From contig JALAGF010006405.1 in the NCBI GenBank assembly GCA_030167865.1, forward strand, positions 1 to 52,785: a stretch of 52,785 nt of DNA. Reading direction: 5' to 3'. A program made the translations under genes and the position numbers. The stretch comes from Craspedostauros australis (Eukaryota). The notes beneath the pieces were generated by a model. It made no database searches, was not told the DNA's origin, and saw only the letters and a program-made list of their open reading frames with translations. How positions within the stretch are numbered: the first letter of the stretch is position 1; every line of letters starts with the position of its first letter. Of this stretch, positions 1-11,563 are shown one piece after another.

Positions 1-1017
1 CAAGTGCTGGCATCCAGAAAGGTGGTGGATCAAGCCATACATGTGGCGTGGGACGCGGTAGGGACAGCTCTTCGGGAGCTCAGCTTCACCTGACGCCTGC
101 TGACCGTCAAACTAATCACAGGAGAGGCTCCAATGGGGTCGCGAATGAAGCGGTGGGGTCTCAGGCAGTCAGATGCGTGTCCCAGCTGCGACGCACGAGA
201 GGACGCGCAGCATTTCTGGCGATGCCCAGGAGAGGATCGCCGAGGAGTCGCACGTCGTCATCTGAAGGACATTGGCAGGTGGCTCAGGCGATATCCTACA
301 GCGCCGGGGGTCACTACTGTCATTCTGGCCATCCTGCGCAGCCAGCTTGAAGGATCGGCGTATCTCTGGGCGACAAGTCAAGGCGGCCAGCTTCATGAAG
401 CGGCGCGCAGACAGAGATCGGTCGGCCCGGTCGCATTGCGGCAGGGGCTGCTAATCCAAGACTGGATACCTCTCCAACAAGAATTCTTGCAGCAGCAAAA
501 GTCGAGAAGATCAGCCTCAAAGTGGGCGCGGCAACTAGTGCGACGTATATGGCATATAGCGTGGGATCAGTGGGCGTCACGAAACGAGGCTCAATTCGAC
601 AGTCCAACCTCGGCCGAAGCCGAAATGATTCAGTCCCTGCGAGATAGGGCGCAATCACTTCGGCTCCGCCTCGAACAGGACCAGATACTTCATCAACGAC
701 TTCTTAAAACGAAGCCGGGCGAGGATGCGGCGATACCTCTGATCGCGGTATGGGTAGAGCAAGCAGCGTTAGCGATCCACGAGCCGGCCGCCTCTGGCGC
801 CCTGCTCAAGTGGCTCCAATGTCGCCGGCAAGCGCACCCCGACCTAGGTCAAGGTTGATGCAGCTCCAGCGAACCGGACATGCATACTACACAAAATCAC
901 AACACACAGATTCCGTGCTCCCCTCGCGCCAGGCGCGAGGTTGAAAGGAGGCGGAGAAAAGCGCCGCCGGCGCAGCCTCATAAGAGGGTTTAATCTTTGC
1001 GTTTTTATTTTATTTTA
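1..1017 (+). mobile_element. 3' end of a non-LTR (LINE-like) retrotransposon, probably inactive
   Basis: Frame 1 (1-858) encodes a CCHC knuckle CPSC-x7-H-x3-C (CPSCDAREDAQHFWRCP), followed by the W..RN segment (IWHIAWDQWASRN) typical of L1-like/diatom LINE ORF C-termini. There is an in-frame TGA at 91-93. A short 3' UTR ends in a (TTTTA)n-like tail at ~1002-1017. Confidence 0.8.
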
Positions 1018-1384
1018 CTTCATGGATGCTGCGCGGTACTACATCGCCTGGGGCTGCATGCCGAAGGTGAACGACCTCAGGACACGGCGCATGCAGTACC
1101 TCAACGTGAAGAAGCTGAACGAGCTGGAGGAAGCCACCGTGAGCAAGAGGGGTATGACGAGGGTCGATTTTGGCAACAACGGGATGTCATCCGATGATAT
1201 CATCGGAGGCTCCTCAGGCATGCTGTCGTCGGTCGGTCCCATGCTGAACGCTTCCAACCCGGCAGGTGGTAGCATCCGCAGCCGACCATCCGGAGACGGC
1301 AAGGACGGAAACGGCAGCAGCAATGTCGACGGCGTTGCCGATGAAGAAGAAGACAACGTGTCTGTATTGACGGATCGATCGTAG
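1016..1384 (+). pseudogene. 3' fragment of a host gene, resembling the C-terminal helical/TPR-like tail of STAND/AAA-ATPase-type regulators
   Basis: Codon usage is gene-like (GC3-rich) from ~1016. YFMDAARYYIAWGCMPKVNDL resembles the A..Y..WGA..KV..L motif I recall at the end of such proteins. There is no upstream splice acceptor; the fragment begins right after the LINE tail. Confidence 0.5.
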
Positions 1385-1788
1385 AGTAACTGATTGTCTG
1401 TCTGGTACGTACGACTTGGTGTGTTGGTCGACAACCAGCATGCTGGCTTTGTAGGTGTACAGAGCGCAAATGCCCAGTGGCAAAGAGCCCATTTTCCGCA
1501 CTTGCAACATGGCCCCATACTAGCACGAGGACGGCTAGGCACGATGTCAACACACAAGCGACTGGATTGCAATTCATTACTGACTAGAGTAAAAGTATGA
1601 ATGGTAATATATGATTAGAAAGAGTAACATTGCTGCAGCTATGTATGACGTGTAGCTCGGCTGGTATGTGCTTGTCTGCAACGCCCGCAACACGATATTG
1701 TTGGTTCGCAAAGAATTCAACATGCACCACTCAGCCTGTGACAGGTGTTCCATTCCATTCCATTTCACTTCACCCTGCTCCACCCCAC

Positions 1789-2571
1789 TCACACCTCATC
1801 GACGCCACCGCCACCACGATCCGCCGCGACGACATTCCAAACGTCGGGACAAAAGCGTTCTTCGATGTAGCACGTGACGTACTTGGGATGATACAGCGTG
1901 TACTTGCGCCACAGTGCCGACTGCGCGTCGTAGCCAGCGCTGTGCAGTTCGAATTCAGGCAGAACATCGAGATGACGAAAGAGCTGTCCCAACCCCACTT
2001 GGCCGCTCTGCACGAGGTGCGCGCAGACATCGGAATGGACCTGCACCGTGGATTTGGCCGTGCAAAACACGGTGTCGTGCACGAGCAGCGAGACTTGGCG
2101 GTCGTAGAGGCGAGGTAATGACGACGACGATGTTGATGGCAAACTAGTATCGAGACGATCCGTGTTGGGTCTGGAGTAATCGACCTGCACGTGGACGGGC
2201 GAGTCGTAGTAGGAGGCGACGAGGCGTTGCAGATTGCCGTTGGCCGTGATGATCATGCGGTCGAGCGGATGTTGGATGCCGTACGTTTCGGCCAAGGAAT
2301 GCTCCTCCGACGTGACGAGGCCCGCATCGGGCGATGTGCTCATGATGTCACCCAGCGTTCCAACGGTCTTGCGTTGCGCGAAGTGGTTGGAATCCTGCGA
2401 TGGAACGCTGTCCGCGCCTTCGCCCGCGAGATCCGTGCTGACGCGCAGTGGGCATGATGCGAATGGACGTAGCGCAGAATGCCATGCGCAGCACCGGGAT
2501 GCAGACAGCACCGCCGTCGTCAGCAGCAGCAGCAGTGGCGACATCATCGTCGATCGTTGCGTCGTTGCCAT
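1789..2571 (-). CDS. Chorismate pyruvate-lyase-like (UbiC/DUF98 fold) protein with a probable bipartite plastid presequence
   Basis: Core sequence HPLDRMIITANGNLQRLVASYY...LYDRQVSL...FCTAKS...GQVGLGQLF...LWRKYTL...IEERF follows the chorismate-lyase-like pattern. A hydrophobic signal (LLLLLTTAVLSASRCCA/W) is followed by an S/R-rich transit-like stretch. Start is ATG 2571 or 2547. Confidence 0.7.
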   Translation of the reverse strand: MATTQRSTMMSPLLLLLTTAVLSASRCCAWHSALRPFASCPLRVSTDLAGEGADSVPSQDSNHFAQRKTVGTLGDIMSTSPDAGLVTSEEHSLAETYGIQHPLDRMIITANGNLQRLVASYYDSPVHVQVDYSRPNTDRLDTSLPSTSSSSLPRLYDRQVSLLVHDTVFCTAKSTVQVHSDVCAHLVQSGQVGLGQLFRHLDVLPEFELHSAGYDAQSALWRKYTLYHPKYVTCYIEERFCPDVWNVVAADRGGGGVDEV

Positions 2572-5134
2572 TGCAGCCTGGTGCGTCATGAGATGCTGAA
2601 TGTGCTTGTGCTTTGCATCTCTGCCTTCCTTCGCTCTCTGCTCTCTATGAATGCGGGTGCTGCCTGGCAATCCTCTCGTTTCTCTCACTCGCACGCTCCC
2701 GCGATGATCTTTCCTGCCAATCCTCCTGGAATAGCACCCTGCTCTGCTCTGCTTTGCATCTGTTTGTGGGCGAACAAAGAAGAAGAAGGATGATGATGAT
2801 GATGGCAACAAATGATGTGGTCAGGTTTCGGCATTTCGGGCTTCGGTTTTGTCCAATGATTTGAATCTTGGAACGACTCACAACGATAGGCTAGTATTGG
2901 TGTACGTAGAGAGAGATCCACGATCGTGACAATGGCGATGATGTTGCAGGGTCTCTTGGATGGCGTCTCATGCTTTGCACGATGCCGTTCACACGCTGAG
3001 GCGAACATTCGTTGGCGGTGTGCAGAATCAATTGAAGTACTCTGGAGAGAGAACAGAGCAGGACAACTGAAAGCATTCTGGTGATCGCAGAGTTCACAGC
3101 TTCTCCGACTTCCAGCATCTGTCATCAGGGTTGTGGGTTCATCGTGTCGGTGTCTAAGTAAATGATGAATGCGCTAGAATTACGCTGCGTTGCTTGCTGT
3201 CATGCCGAACATTGTAGAGATGCATCAGCGTGGAGCAGAATGCATGGTGTGTACTACCATGAAAAAAGTGCTACTGCGTCATACGTAACGTGACAGAGTC
3301 TGCCGTCATCTCCATTGTCGTGACAGATGAGATGCATGATGCGGACCGCCAAGGAGTCGTTGCGTCCGAACACATCCACAGTCCCACGAAGCGATGCCGC
3401 GATTCCGTGGCACCGCATACCATGGCATCGCCCTGCATGATCCTTCCACTCAATCGAATTCAGCCTTGGCTTTCGCATCACCGCCGCATCACCCTCCCAT
3501 CACCGAAGAGAAGCATCATCGCCCCTCCTGAAGGTATATAAAAGATCAATCCTTGACATCGAAGTCATCTGGAAAATCTGTCCCAGACAACAGAGGTAGA
3601 TTTGTACCGTTTTGATCGTGGTCGGTTTTGGTATCAGAGTTGTTGTTGATGTTGCAAGGATGGTGGGGGAGCACAGAGGCAGAATGAGTCTTCGAATAGA
3701 GCACAGTTGTACCCTGCCGCAATTGCACTCCACGACGATTTACAGCCTCCCATCAAACGGTCTCTCTCTCCCTCTCTCTCTGCCATGGGATTTATCGCAT
3801 CCGACGACTCCGCGTTGCCTGCACGGTATTATGATGCACTGCACTTCACTTCACTGACCTAGAAAGACGTCGGTGTGGACGAGCTGATTCTTGGGCCGTC
3901 GACCGCTGCCACCTCTCTTCGTCTGATCGCGGCCGCGTTCATCGCCGTCACCGGTGATATCCATCATGCCATCGTTGCTCTGCACCTCCGGTTGCTGCAT
4001 GGTGCGCGTTGTCGTGATGCAACACAGGAGTGGGCGTGGGTGGGTGCACAAAAGAGAGAAAGGAGATGATGATGGCTGACTCTTTGGATTGTTTTGGCAG
4101 GGCCTTCGTTGCACGGATGTTGGTGTTGATGTTTGTGAACGTGACGCAAGAAACCGCGCGCCGCGTTTGCCATCTGCGCCGTGTTTGTTGCAGGTTGTGG
4201 TTGGTGTAAAATATCCATTTCTTACTATTTTGGTGGTGCACCTCCGTCCGTCCTTCCATCCGATGCATGCAACACAATTAGCCTGACTCGATTGGTAGAA
4301 GGCGATTGCGGAATGTGTCTCACGGTTTTGAATGTTCGTGAGGTTCGTGGGTGCTAACTAAATACCTTGTGGGTCGTAGTCGCTTTGTGGCTGAAAGGGG
4401 ACGTTGGATCCTAGCCAGACATTTCGCAGCCCAACCAGAAAGCAATTCCATTGCGACGGATGTTCTTTTCCGTTATCATCGTTTCGGATCCTGGAAGACA
4501 AAAGACTGATTGCGCCCAAAGTAACATCACTGCTTATGGGCCTGTTGCGATGACTCGGAGTTATAAGTCTCAAGCCCAAGAGACAACCACTCCGTTCCAT
4601 TTTGTTCCGCGTTGTGGTGAGCGAAGTGAAAACACCGCAAAACGAGGTCGAGAGTGAAAGAACGGAGGCAGGAAGCTCGGACGCCGGCCAGCAATCAGTG
4701 GGAGGTACCGAATGGATAGAATTGGCATCCGCGACTTTGCGTGACGGACGAACCCGATTCCGCCCATCAAAACGCAGTTGATGCCGACAGAACTCAAATT
4801 CAAAGTGGTGCCGTTGGTAATTGTGTGTGGTGGTAGGTCGTAGTGGTGGTAGTGGTTGTAGTGACAGTGATGCCCCAAACTCCAAAAAACGCATCCCAAC
4901 TCAACGCTTGCGGCGCAATGCTGGAAGAACTGCTCGTAATCTGCTCCGATCTATTCGTAATCTGTTGTCTTCACGCGCATTGCCGTAGTAACACAGATCA
5001 TTTCGCCTTGCTGCTTCACAAATCACAATCTCGAGACGAAAGCCAAAGCAGACACCCACAGCCCAAGCCACTCCACTGCAGTCGATAGCCAATAGCCAAT
5101 AGCTATCCAGCCAATAGCCAACCAACCGATCAAG

Positions 5135-6016
5135 ATGCAGCATCCTTACCTCGCCACGGGCATCAGCATGCAACACCCGTACGTGCTGCACAGCAACCAG
5201 CAACCATGGCTCCAAGCCAAATCAACGCCGCTGTTGCCGCACTACCGCACGCCACGCAGAACGCGCAGCTTCACGGCCATCTACATCGGCCTCTTGATCG
5301 CGGCGGCCATGGTTGGCATCGGCTGCTTCGCCACCACGAGAGACACGGCAACCGCTCTGCCCCAGCTTCGTTCGAGATTGCATTCGCTGCGCCTTCAGCA
5401 TCGCCAGCAGCATGCGATGCCCTCCATGGTGCAGCACGAGGCGCCGTCGCTTGCGCCCGTGCATGCTCCGACCTACGTCCGTTCTGCCTCGTCGCCGCGG
5501 AAGCGCAGGCAGCCCAAGCAGGACGACGTGGGCAACGCGGCACCAACAGCGAACCTCGATGAAGACATTGTGGAGGACACTGTGGAGGACACCACCATCA
5601 CTGTACGTGACAACGCTGCGTCCAGCTCGTTGGTTGTGGAGACACCGACGCCTCAGGAACAGAATGAAGAGCCAGACGTCAGCTCGTTGACGCCGGCCGA
5701 GCGATACCTGCGGGAGCTGGTGGAACAGCAGAGACAGTACCGCGAATGGCAGCAGCAGCTGGAACAGGAGCATCGCGAACAGAATCCGGACCAATACGAT
5801 GATCAGTACGATGATCAGTACGAATCACAAGAAGACGAACGGCAACGGCGTGTCCTGGAGGTGCTGGAACAAGAAGCCGAGATGGAGGCTGCCACCGCCA
5901 CGGTATCTCCCAACGGGAAGGTGGATTTGGGCAAGTTCCGATCCAACCTCCTCAACACCTTCACCTCGTTGCACAAGGACGTTGCCAACGAGGCCAACAT
6001 GGCGCTTCGCCGATGA
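5135..6016 (+). CDS. Hypothetical single-pass membrane protein (293 aa) with acidic/Gln-rich coiled coil
   Basis: Long ORF with an ATG after a C/A-rich leader and gene-like codon usage. It has one TM segment (IYIGLLIAAAMVGIGCFA), a duplicated MQHPY at the N-terminus and YDDQ repeats. Confidence 0.75.
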   Translation: MQHPYLATGISMQHPYVLHSNQQPWLQAKSTPLLPHYRTPRRTRSFTAIYIGLLIAAAMVGIGCFATTRDTATALPQLRSRLHSLRLQHRQQHAMPSMVQHEAPSLAPVHAPTYVRSASSPRKRRQPKQDDVGNAAPTANLDEDIVEDTVEDTTITVRDNAASSSLVVETPTPQEQNEEPDVSSLTPAERYLRELVEQQRQYREWQQQLEQEHREQNPDQYDDQYDDQYESQEDERQRRVLEVLEQEAEMEAATATVSPNGKVDLGKFRSNLLNTFTSLHKDVANEANMALRR

Positions 6017-6299
6017 GCGCGCTTTTGATGCGAGAATCAATTCAACAAACACCGAATCATCCGACCAACCGACAGGCGAACAACGAATCCAGTTCGTTCC
6101 ATTTCACGGCACTCAATGTGTGTGTGGGAACAACACGTGGCGTGGCACATCACCATGACTACGACTACCATACGTGCGTGCACGCGTACGAGCCAACAAA
6201 ACTGAACCTTGTGACACAGAGAATGGAGAGGAGGGCTCAAGTCGATTCAACCCGATCGAGTGCGGAGAAAGTCCAGGCGCTCCATATTACGAACCTTCA

Positions 6300-7840
6300 A
6301 TATGGCAGCTGCTTCATCGCCTTCATCCACTGTGGTCATCTACTATATCTATTCAGGTTCTTGTCGAAGAGGCAACCCGAGAGCGGAGGGGAGGAACGGC
6401 CAGTCAGAATGAATGCATCCTCCAGTCTCATGCATTGCATCCTGGAAGAGCTTCATCTCTGGATTTGCCTTCAATGTCGAGCGCTCGTCGCTCCATTGGA
6501 TGGTGGCCAACCTACTCAGCAATATTCCGATCCACTGGTAAGACAAGGAGAAATGGCAGGCGGGTCCACTCAACAACAAAAATGATGTTGACGTGGGCCT
6601 CGGCGCTTCCTATGCTTCTAGCATACGATAGCTGCTTCATCGCCATCTCCTACTTGAGCGCAAGAGATCGACCAACGCAAGAAAATTCGAGAAAGAGAGA
6701 GAGAGAGAGGGTCCGTCAGATGGATTGAATGCAACCAACCAACATGCTTTCTACATCTAAGATTCACCTCCAATATGTCCGGCATTGCCGCATATTGGAT
6801 GGTCGACCCCCTCCTCTGCAGGAAAAGGAATGTACGCGCCTGGCAAGAGAGAGAGACAAAGGCAGGACGGTCTCACCAACATCATGGTTCAGAGACCTCG
6901 GCGCTTTCGTATACATACGATAGCAGCTTCATCGCCTCTTCTCTTCCAGTCAAGCGCAAGGCAACGTCACGTCAGATTGAAAGCAAGCCTTTCATATCTA
7001 GATTCACCTCCAATTGTCAGGCATTGCCGTACATTGGATGGTTGACCATTGCTGACACCTTCTTCGATACTGCAATACAACTCCAACGCAACAGACACAG
7101 AGAGACAAGGGCAGGACGGTCTCACCAACGCCATGGTTGGATAGAGACCTCGGCGCTTTCGTACGTTTCGCATACGATAGCAGCTTCATCGCCTCTTCTC
7201 TCCCAGTCAAGCGCAAGGCAACGTCAAGTCAGATTGAAAGCAAGCCTTTCATATCTAGATTCACCTCCAATTGTCAGGCATTGCCGCATATTGGATGGTT
7301 GACGATTGCTGATACCTTCTTCGATACTGCAATGCAACTCCAACGCAACAGACAAGGGCGTATCAGACACAGCGAGACAAGGGCAGGACGGTCCCACCAA
7401 CACCATGGTTCAGAGACCTCGGCGCTTTCGTATGTTTCGCATACGATAGCAGCTTCATCGCCTCTTCTCTCCCAGTCAAGCGCAAGGCAACGTCACGTCA
7501 GATTGAAAGCCAACCTTTCATATCTAGATTCACCTCCGATTGTCAGGCATTGCCGCACATTGGATGGTTGACCATTGCCGATACCTTCTTCGATACTGCA
7601 ATACAACTCCAACGCAACAGACACAGAGAGACAAGGGCAGGACGGTCTCACCAACATCATGGTTCAGAGACCTCGGCGCTTTCGTATACATACGATAGCA
7701 GCTTCATCGCCTCTTCTCTCCCAGTCAAGCGCAAGGCAACGTCAAGTCAGATTGAAAAGCCAACCTTTCATATCTAGATTCACCTCCAATTGTCAGGCAT
7801 TGCCATACATTGGATGGTTGACCATTGCCGATACCCTCTA
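6300..7840. repeat. Tandem array of ~250-320 bp units: four near-identical copies plus two diverged copies
   Basis: The landmark GATAGCAGCTTCATCGCC occurs at 6919, 7176, 7445 and 7694, with diverged versions at ~6627 and ~6304. AGATTCACCTCCAATTGTCAGGCATTGCC and GGCAGGACGGTCTCACCAAC recur with the same period. Confidence 0.95.
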
Positions 7841-9989
7841 TCACAATCGCAACTTGTTGTCTACAAGCACCTCGGCACAACACAAGCGCACACAAACACA
7901 CGCACACACACGAATGATTTGACTCGGACAAGGAATTCAGACGGTTGCACGCCATGATTCGAAGGAAGCGGAAGCTGGCGAGGATAGGAGAGATTCGTTT
8001 CCCACGTTTCAACCATCCTCCTCGGCACAACCATCAAAGACAAACGCCGCTTGCGCACATCTCGCTTTTGGCGTCCCTGGAGCCCTCTCGCAAAGAACCA
8101 AACCACGACGATGACAAACCACACTGCAAATACCCATCCCATGAGAAATTGAATGCATCCACAACCCACTGTACCCTCAATAGTATAAACTAGCTACAAA
8201 AGCATCCACAAAAATTGTCTTCACGATTGTGCCTGGCGGTATCTCTCGCATTTTGCCCGAGAACGATCGCGCGAAACTACGGTGGCACCAAGACAATTAA
8301 TTACGGGGGACGATGTACGCGACTCTGGAGTCATCAAAAAGATCATCACCATCCCAAGTCCAATCCGTGATACAAACTCATGCCTGTGAGTGTGCATCCG
8401 CGCTTGGTTGCAGCCACTATTCCATCACAGGAATTCAACACATCTCGTATGTATCGTACGGCTATGGCATCCTCCGCCTCGCATCATGGCAAACATACTC
8501 GGATGTGACTATGAATCCGTTTTTAACAGAGCTTGAGTCCTCTCATGCTCTGGAGGGGGAGAGCGTGTGTCTGAAGCGTCTCGTGACGCATTAGCGCCAT
8601 GAGCGTAACAAGATGCGCTATACTCGTTCATGTGCGTACGGTGATACACGTCGCATACTATTGCACCATACTGGGGCATTGCAACAGCAGGGCGCACTCA
8701 CACGTGCTGATGTTCTCATCCAATGATACCTGGTACTCAGACGAATGGAGCGAGTATTGCACTTTGAGAGCTCCTCTCTTTTCTGCTCAATCTAATGCTA
8801 TTCTACTTCAACTCTGTTCGCATTGCCCGGCTGTCCATCTTCTTGCCACAAGGTAGATCGTAGAGGGCTTGTATCACCTCCAGGACCCTCAAAAGAGATG
8901 GACAACCATCGTCACAGGCTCATCTTTCCACCCCGCTGCACTGATCCGCTGGCGCGAGCATGAATACGAACGGCCTGCACAGAGGGGTGATGATCACGGG
9001 AGGACAGGGTGACAAAGGCTGCCACCGACTTGCGCATCAACGTATGCGTGCATCAAAGCAACACGGCTCAAGGAACACACGATTGATTTACGTTTCACAA
9101 TACCCCACGAATAGAATAATAGTTGGTCACATTGACAATGACGCTATCCATCGCAATCACAAGCCACCATACTCACACCGCCGTTGTTGTTTGCTCACGA
9201 CAATTTGTCACCGTTTGTCCCCCAAATGGGCGCGAAAATACAGTTCGTCGTTTGGCCGCTATTGTGGATGTCGATGCCACAAAGCGGAGGTGCGCGGTGG
9301 ATAGCGTTCGCCTCCAAAAAGAGATGATGAAAACAGCAACTGTGCGAAGCGCTTATGTGCCACACCGCACCAACGTCCCACATCATTTATTTCAACTTTG
9401 TTCTTCATCATTGCAGACAGACAGAGTGCATTCGCGTCCCCCCAACGACTACGCTCGGTTTCGTCACGTTCGATGGATGCCTCCAGACTTGCGAAGGATG
9501 GCCTCGACCGGCGCGCATTTCACGACCACCTCGTGGCCGATGTTTCACCGGAGGCGATTTTTCTGCGTAGTCGGAGGAATACACAAGGATGGAGGTCATG
9601 GTCACAAGGACCATCAAACCTACGTGACCTGCCAATCATGACTGTTCATTGGGATGGCACACCAAATCCGTTGAGATCCGTGAAAATCCGACTAACTAAA
9701 GCGTGACTGGAGTATGGGATTGTAGAGTGCGCAGATGAGACTAGTTTTATCTCCGGGTTATTCTTCAAAATCTAATTCAAGGATTGAACAGTGTATGTAG
9801 AGTGCTCTCTCTCTCTCTCTCTCCAGAGTATTTGAGTTCAAGCTGTGCTTGTATCAACGCTTTCCAATCACCATAGCGACCATCTCGCTTTATCCCAAGC
9901 AAGTGAATTGTGTTCGAGATCTTGCGTACCAACGTACGTATGAGACCGGGAATGTAAATGCACATGTCTCTCTTCATCTCTCTTTGTCT

Positions 9990-11120
9990 CTAGAAATTGT
10001 ACAAGTCCTGCTTCGAGAATGCGTCGTGAATGTTGCTGTGATGATGGGAGCGCAAACCCCGAACAGATCGACGATCACGGCGTCCTCCCTTCCCGCCCTT
10101 TGATGATGTGTCATTGCTGTCTCGCGGTGGTGGATTGTCGTCGCTTGGCTTCTCGTCTTGTCGCACGGCCCACACTGTTACACCAATCACAATGCTCGCA
10201 ACGACAACACAAACGACAATGAGGATGAGGATCCAGCGCTTGAGCCGCCGCTCGCGCTGCAGGGCTTCATCTTTGGCTTTGTTGAGCATCTCCGCGACGC
10301 GCGCATTCTCCTCGTCGTTGCCGGCATCGTTCGCTGCGTCGCCCATCTGATCGGGTGTCACAATCACTTCCGACGCGGACACGGTCTCCTGCAGGATCTT
10401 TTTACGGATGCGACCTTCCATTTCGTACGTCGACGGCGCGGTGGTTGCCTCGGCGACCGCGATGGGCTGCAGCGCGCGGTTGTTGCCGTCTTCGTCGAAG
10501 TAGTTCGTGTCATCGTCATCAATGTCACGATTGCTGGTGGCGCGGTTGCGACCAGTGACGGAGAATGCGCCAACGCGTGGTTTGGGCCGGCGATTGCCGT
10601 CGCCGGATGGCTGCGGCAAGGCTTCGTCATCGAAGGTGTCGTGATTCTGAGCGATGGCCGCCGCGGCAGCAGCATTGGTGTAGCCAGACTTGCTGAGCTC
10701 GGATGTCTGCCGAAGATTCTCTGGAGGTTGCATATCTAGCGAGTCGTCGGTTCCTGGTCGGACCTTGCGATCGGGTAGAGGAGTTGCTTCCGTGTTGTCA
10801 TCCATGTTTGTCTGCGAATCTGTCTCTGTGGAACGCAGCGTCCGTTGCGATTGTGCGTTGAGGGTGCTATCCTGTTGAACGAGTCCCAGGATGAATGAGG
10901 CGTTGTCCTTGGCCTCCCTCATTTCGTGATCGGCGCTGGTCGTTCTATTGGCGTTGGCGTTGGCTGCGTTCGTATCGGGTTGTTGGCGATGTCGTTGTTG
11001 TTGTCTTTGATGCGAATGCTGCGATTGTGGCTGAGGCTGTTGGTTGTTGTCCTCATCGCTGCTACCTGTCGAGCGTTGACGACGTCCTTGCTGGCGGCGG
11101 TTGTTTCTTTTGGATGGCAT
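9990..11120 (-). CDS. Single-pass membrane protein with long disordered N-terminus (diatom PGAF-motif-type)
   Basis: 376-aa ORF containing a PRVGAFSV motif. Basic RRLKRW precedes the TM helix ILILIVVCVVVASIVIGVTVWAV, and the C-terminus is short. Confidence 0.8.
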   Translation of the reverse strand: MPSKRNNRRQQGRRQRSTGSSDEDNNQQPQPQSQHSHQRQQQRHRQQPDTNAANANANRTTSADHEMREAKDNASFILGLVQQDSTLNAQSQRTLRSTETDSQTNMDDNTEATPLPDRKVRPGTDDSLDMQPPENLRQTSELSKSGYTNAAAAAAIAQNHDTFDDEALPQPSGDGNRRPKPRVGAFSVTGRNRATSNRDIDDDDTNYFDEDGNNRALQPIAVAEATTAPSTYEMEGRIRKKILQETVSASEVIVTPDQMGDAANDAGNDEENARVAEMLNKAKDEALQRERRLKRWILILIVVCVVVASIVIGVTVWAVRQDEKPSDDNPPPRDSNDTSSKGGKGGRRDRRSVRGLRSHHHSNIHDAFSKQDLYNF

Positions 11121-11498
11121 GATTGATGGGCAAGTGGTGAATTGATGGCATGTGCTGTGCTATAGTTTGGAATGATACGTTGTGAGTGCGGTGCGCGGTT
11201 GGAGGTGGCTTCTCGGAAAGAACTCTTGCAAATGGACTGTGGAATCAAAACCGCTCAGGCGATGGGCTGCTCAATGTCCAAATGATCAACGAAAGGATGC
11301 GTTATATGTGGCGGAGGATGCGCAACGATCAATGATCGATGACAAGCGACGGTTTGATTGGGCGACGGACGGCAGAAGTTGGGCAGATGTGAGCAAAAGG
11401 ATACCTCACATCAATCGAAGAACAAGTGCGCTCTCATTCAAGAACCGTTGCCAGCGCCCGCAAGATCTTTCCGCAATGGCACCCACACCAGCACCACA

Positions 11499-11563
11499 AG
11501 CAGAAGCTCAACCAGAAGCAGGAGCTCGACCAGAAGCAGAAGCTCGACCAGAAGCAGAAGCAG
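11499..11563 (+). repeat. 18-bp minisatellite (~3.5 copies)
   Basis: AGCAGAAGCTCGACCAGA-type unit repeated; it reads as PEAEAR in one frame. Confidence 0.85.

Noticed and set aside
3250..4000. Possible two-exon minus-strand gene starting MQQPEVQ
   Set aside because: The best splice gives a short product and downstream frames contain stops; no family is recognisable.
6850..7840. Possible CRISPR-like array
   Set aside because: Whole ~260-bp units repeat with no unique spacers, there are no cas genes, and the context is eukaryotic.
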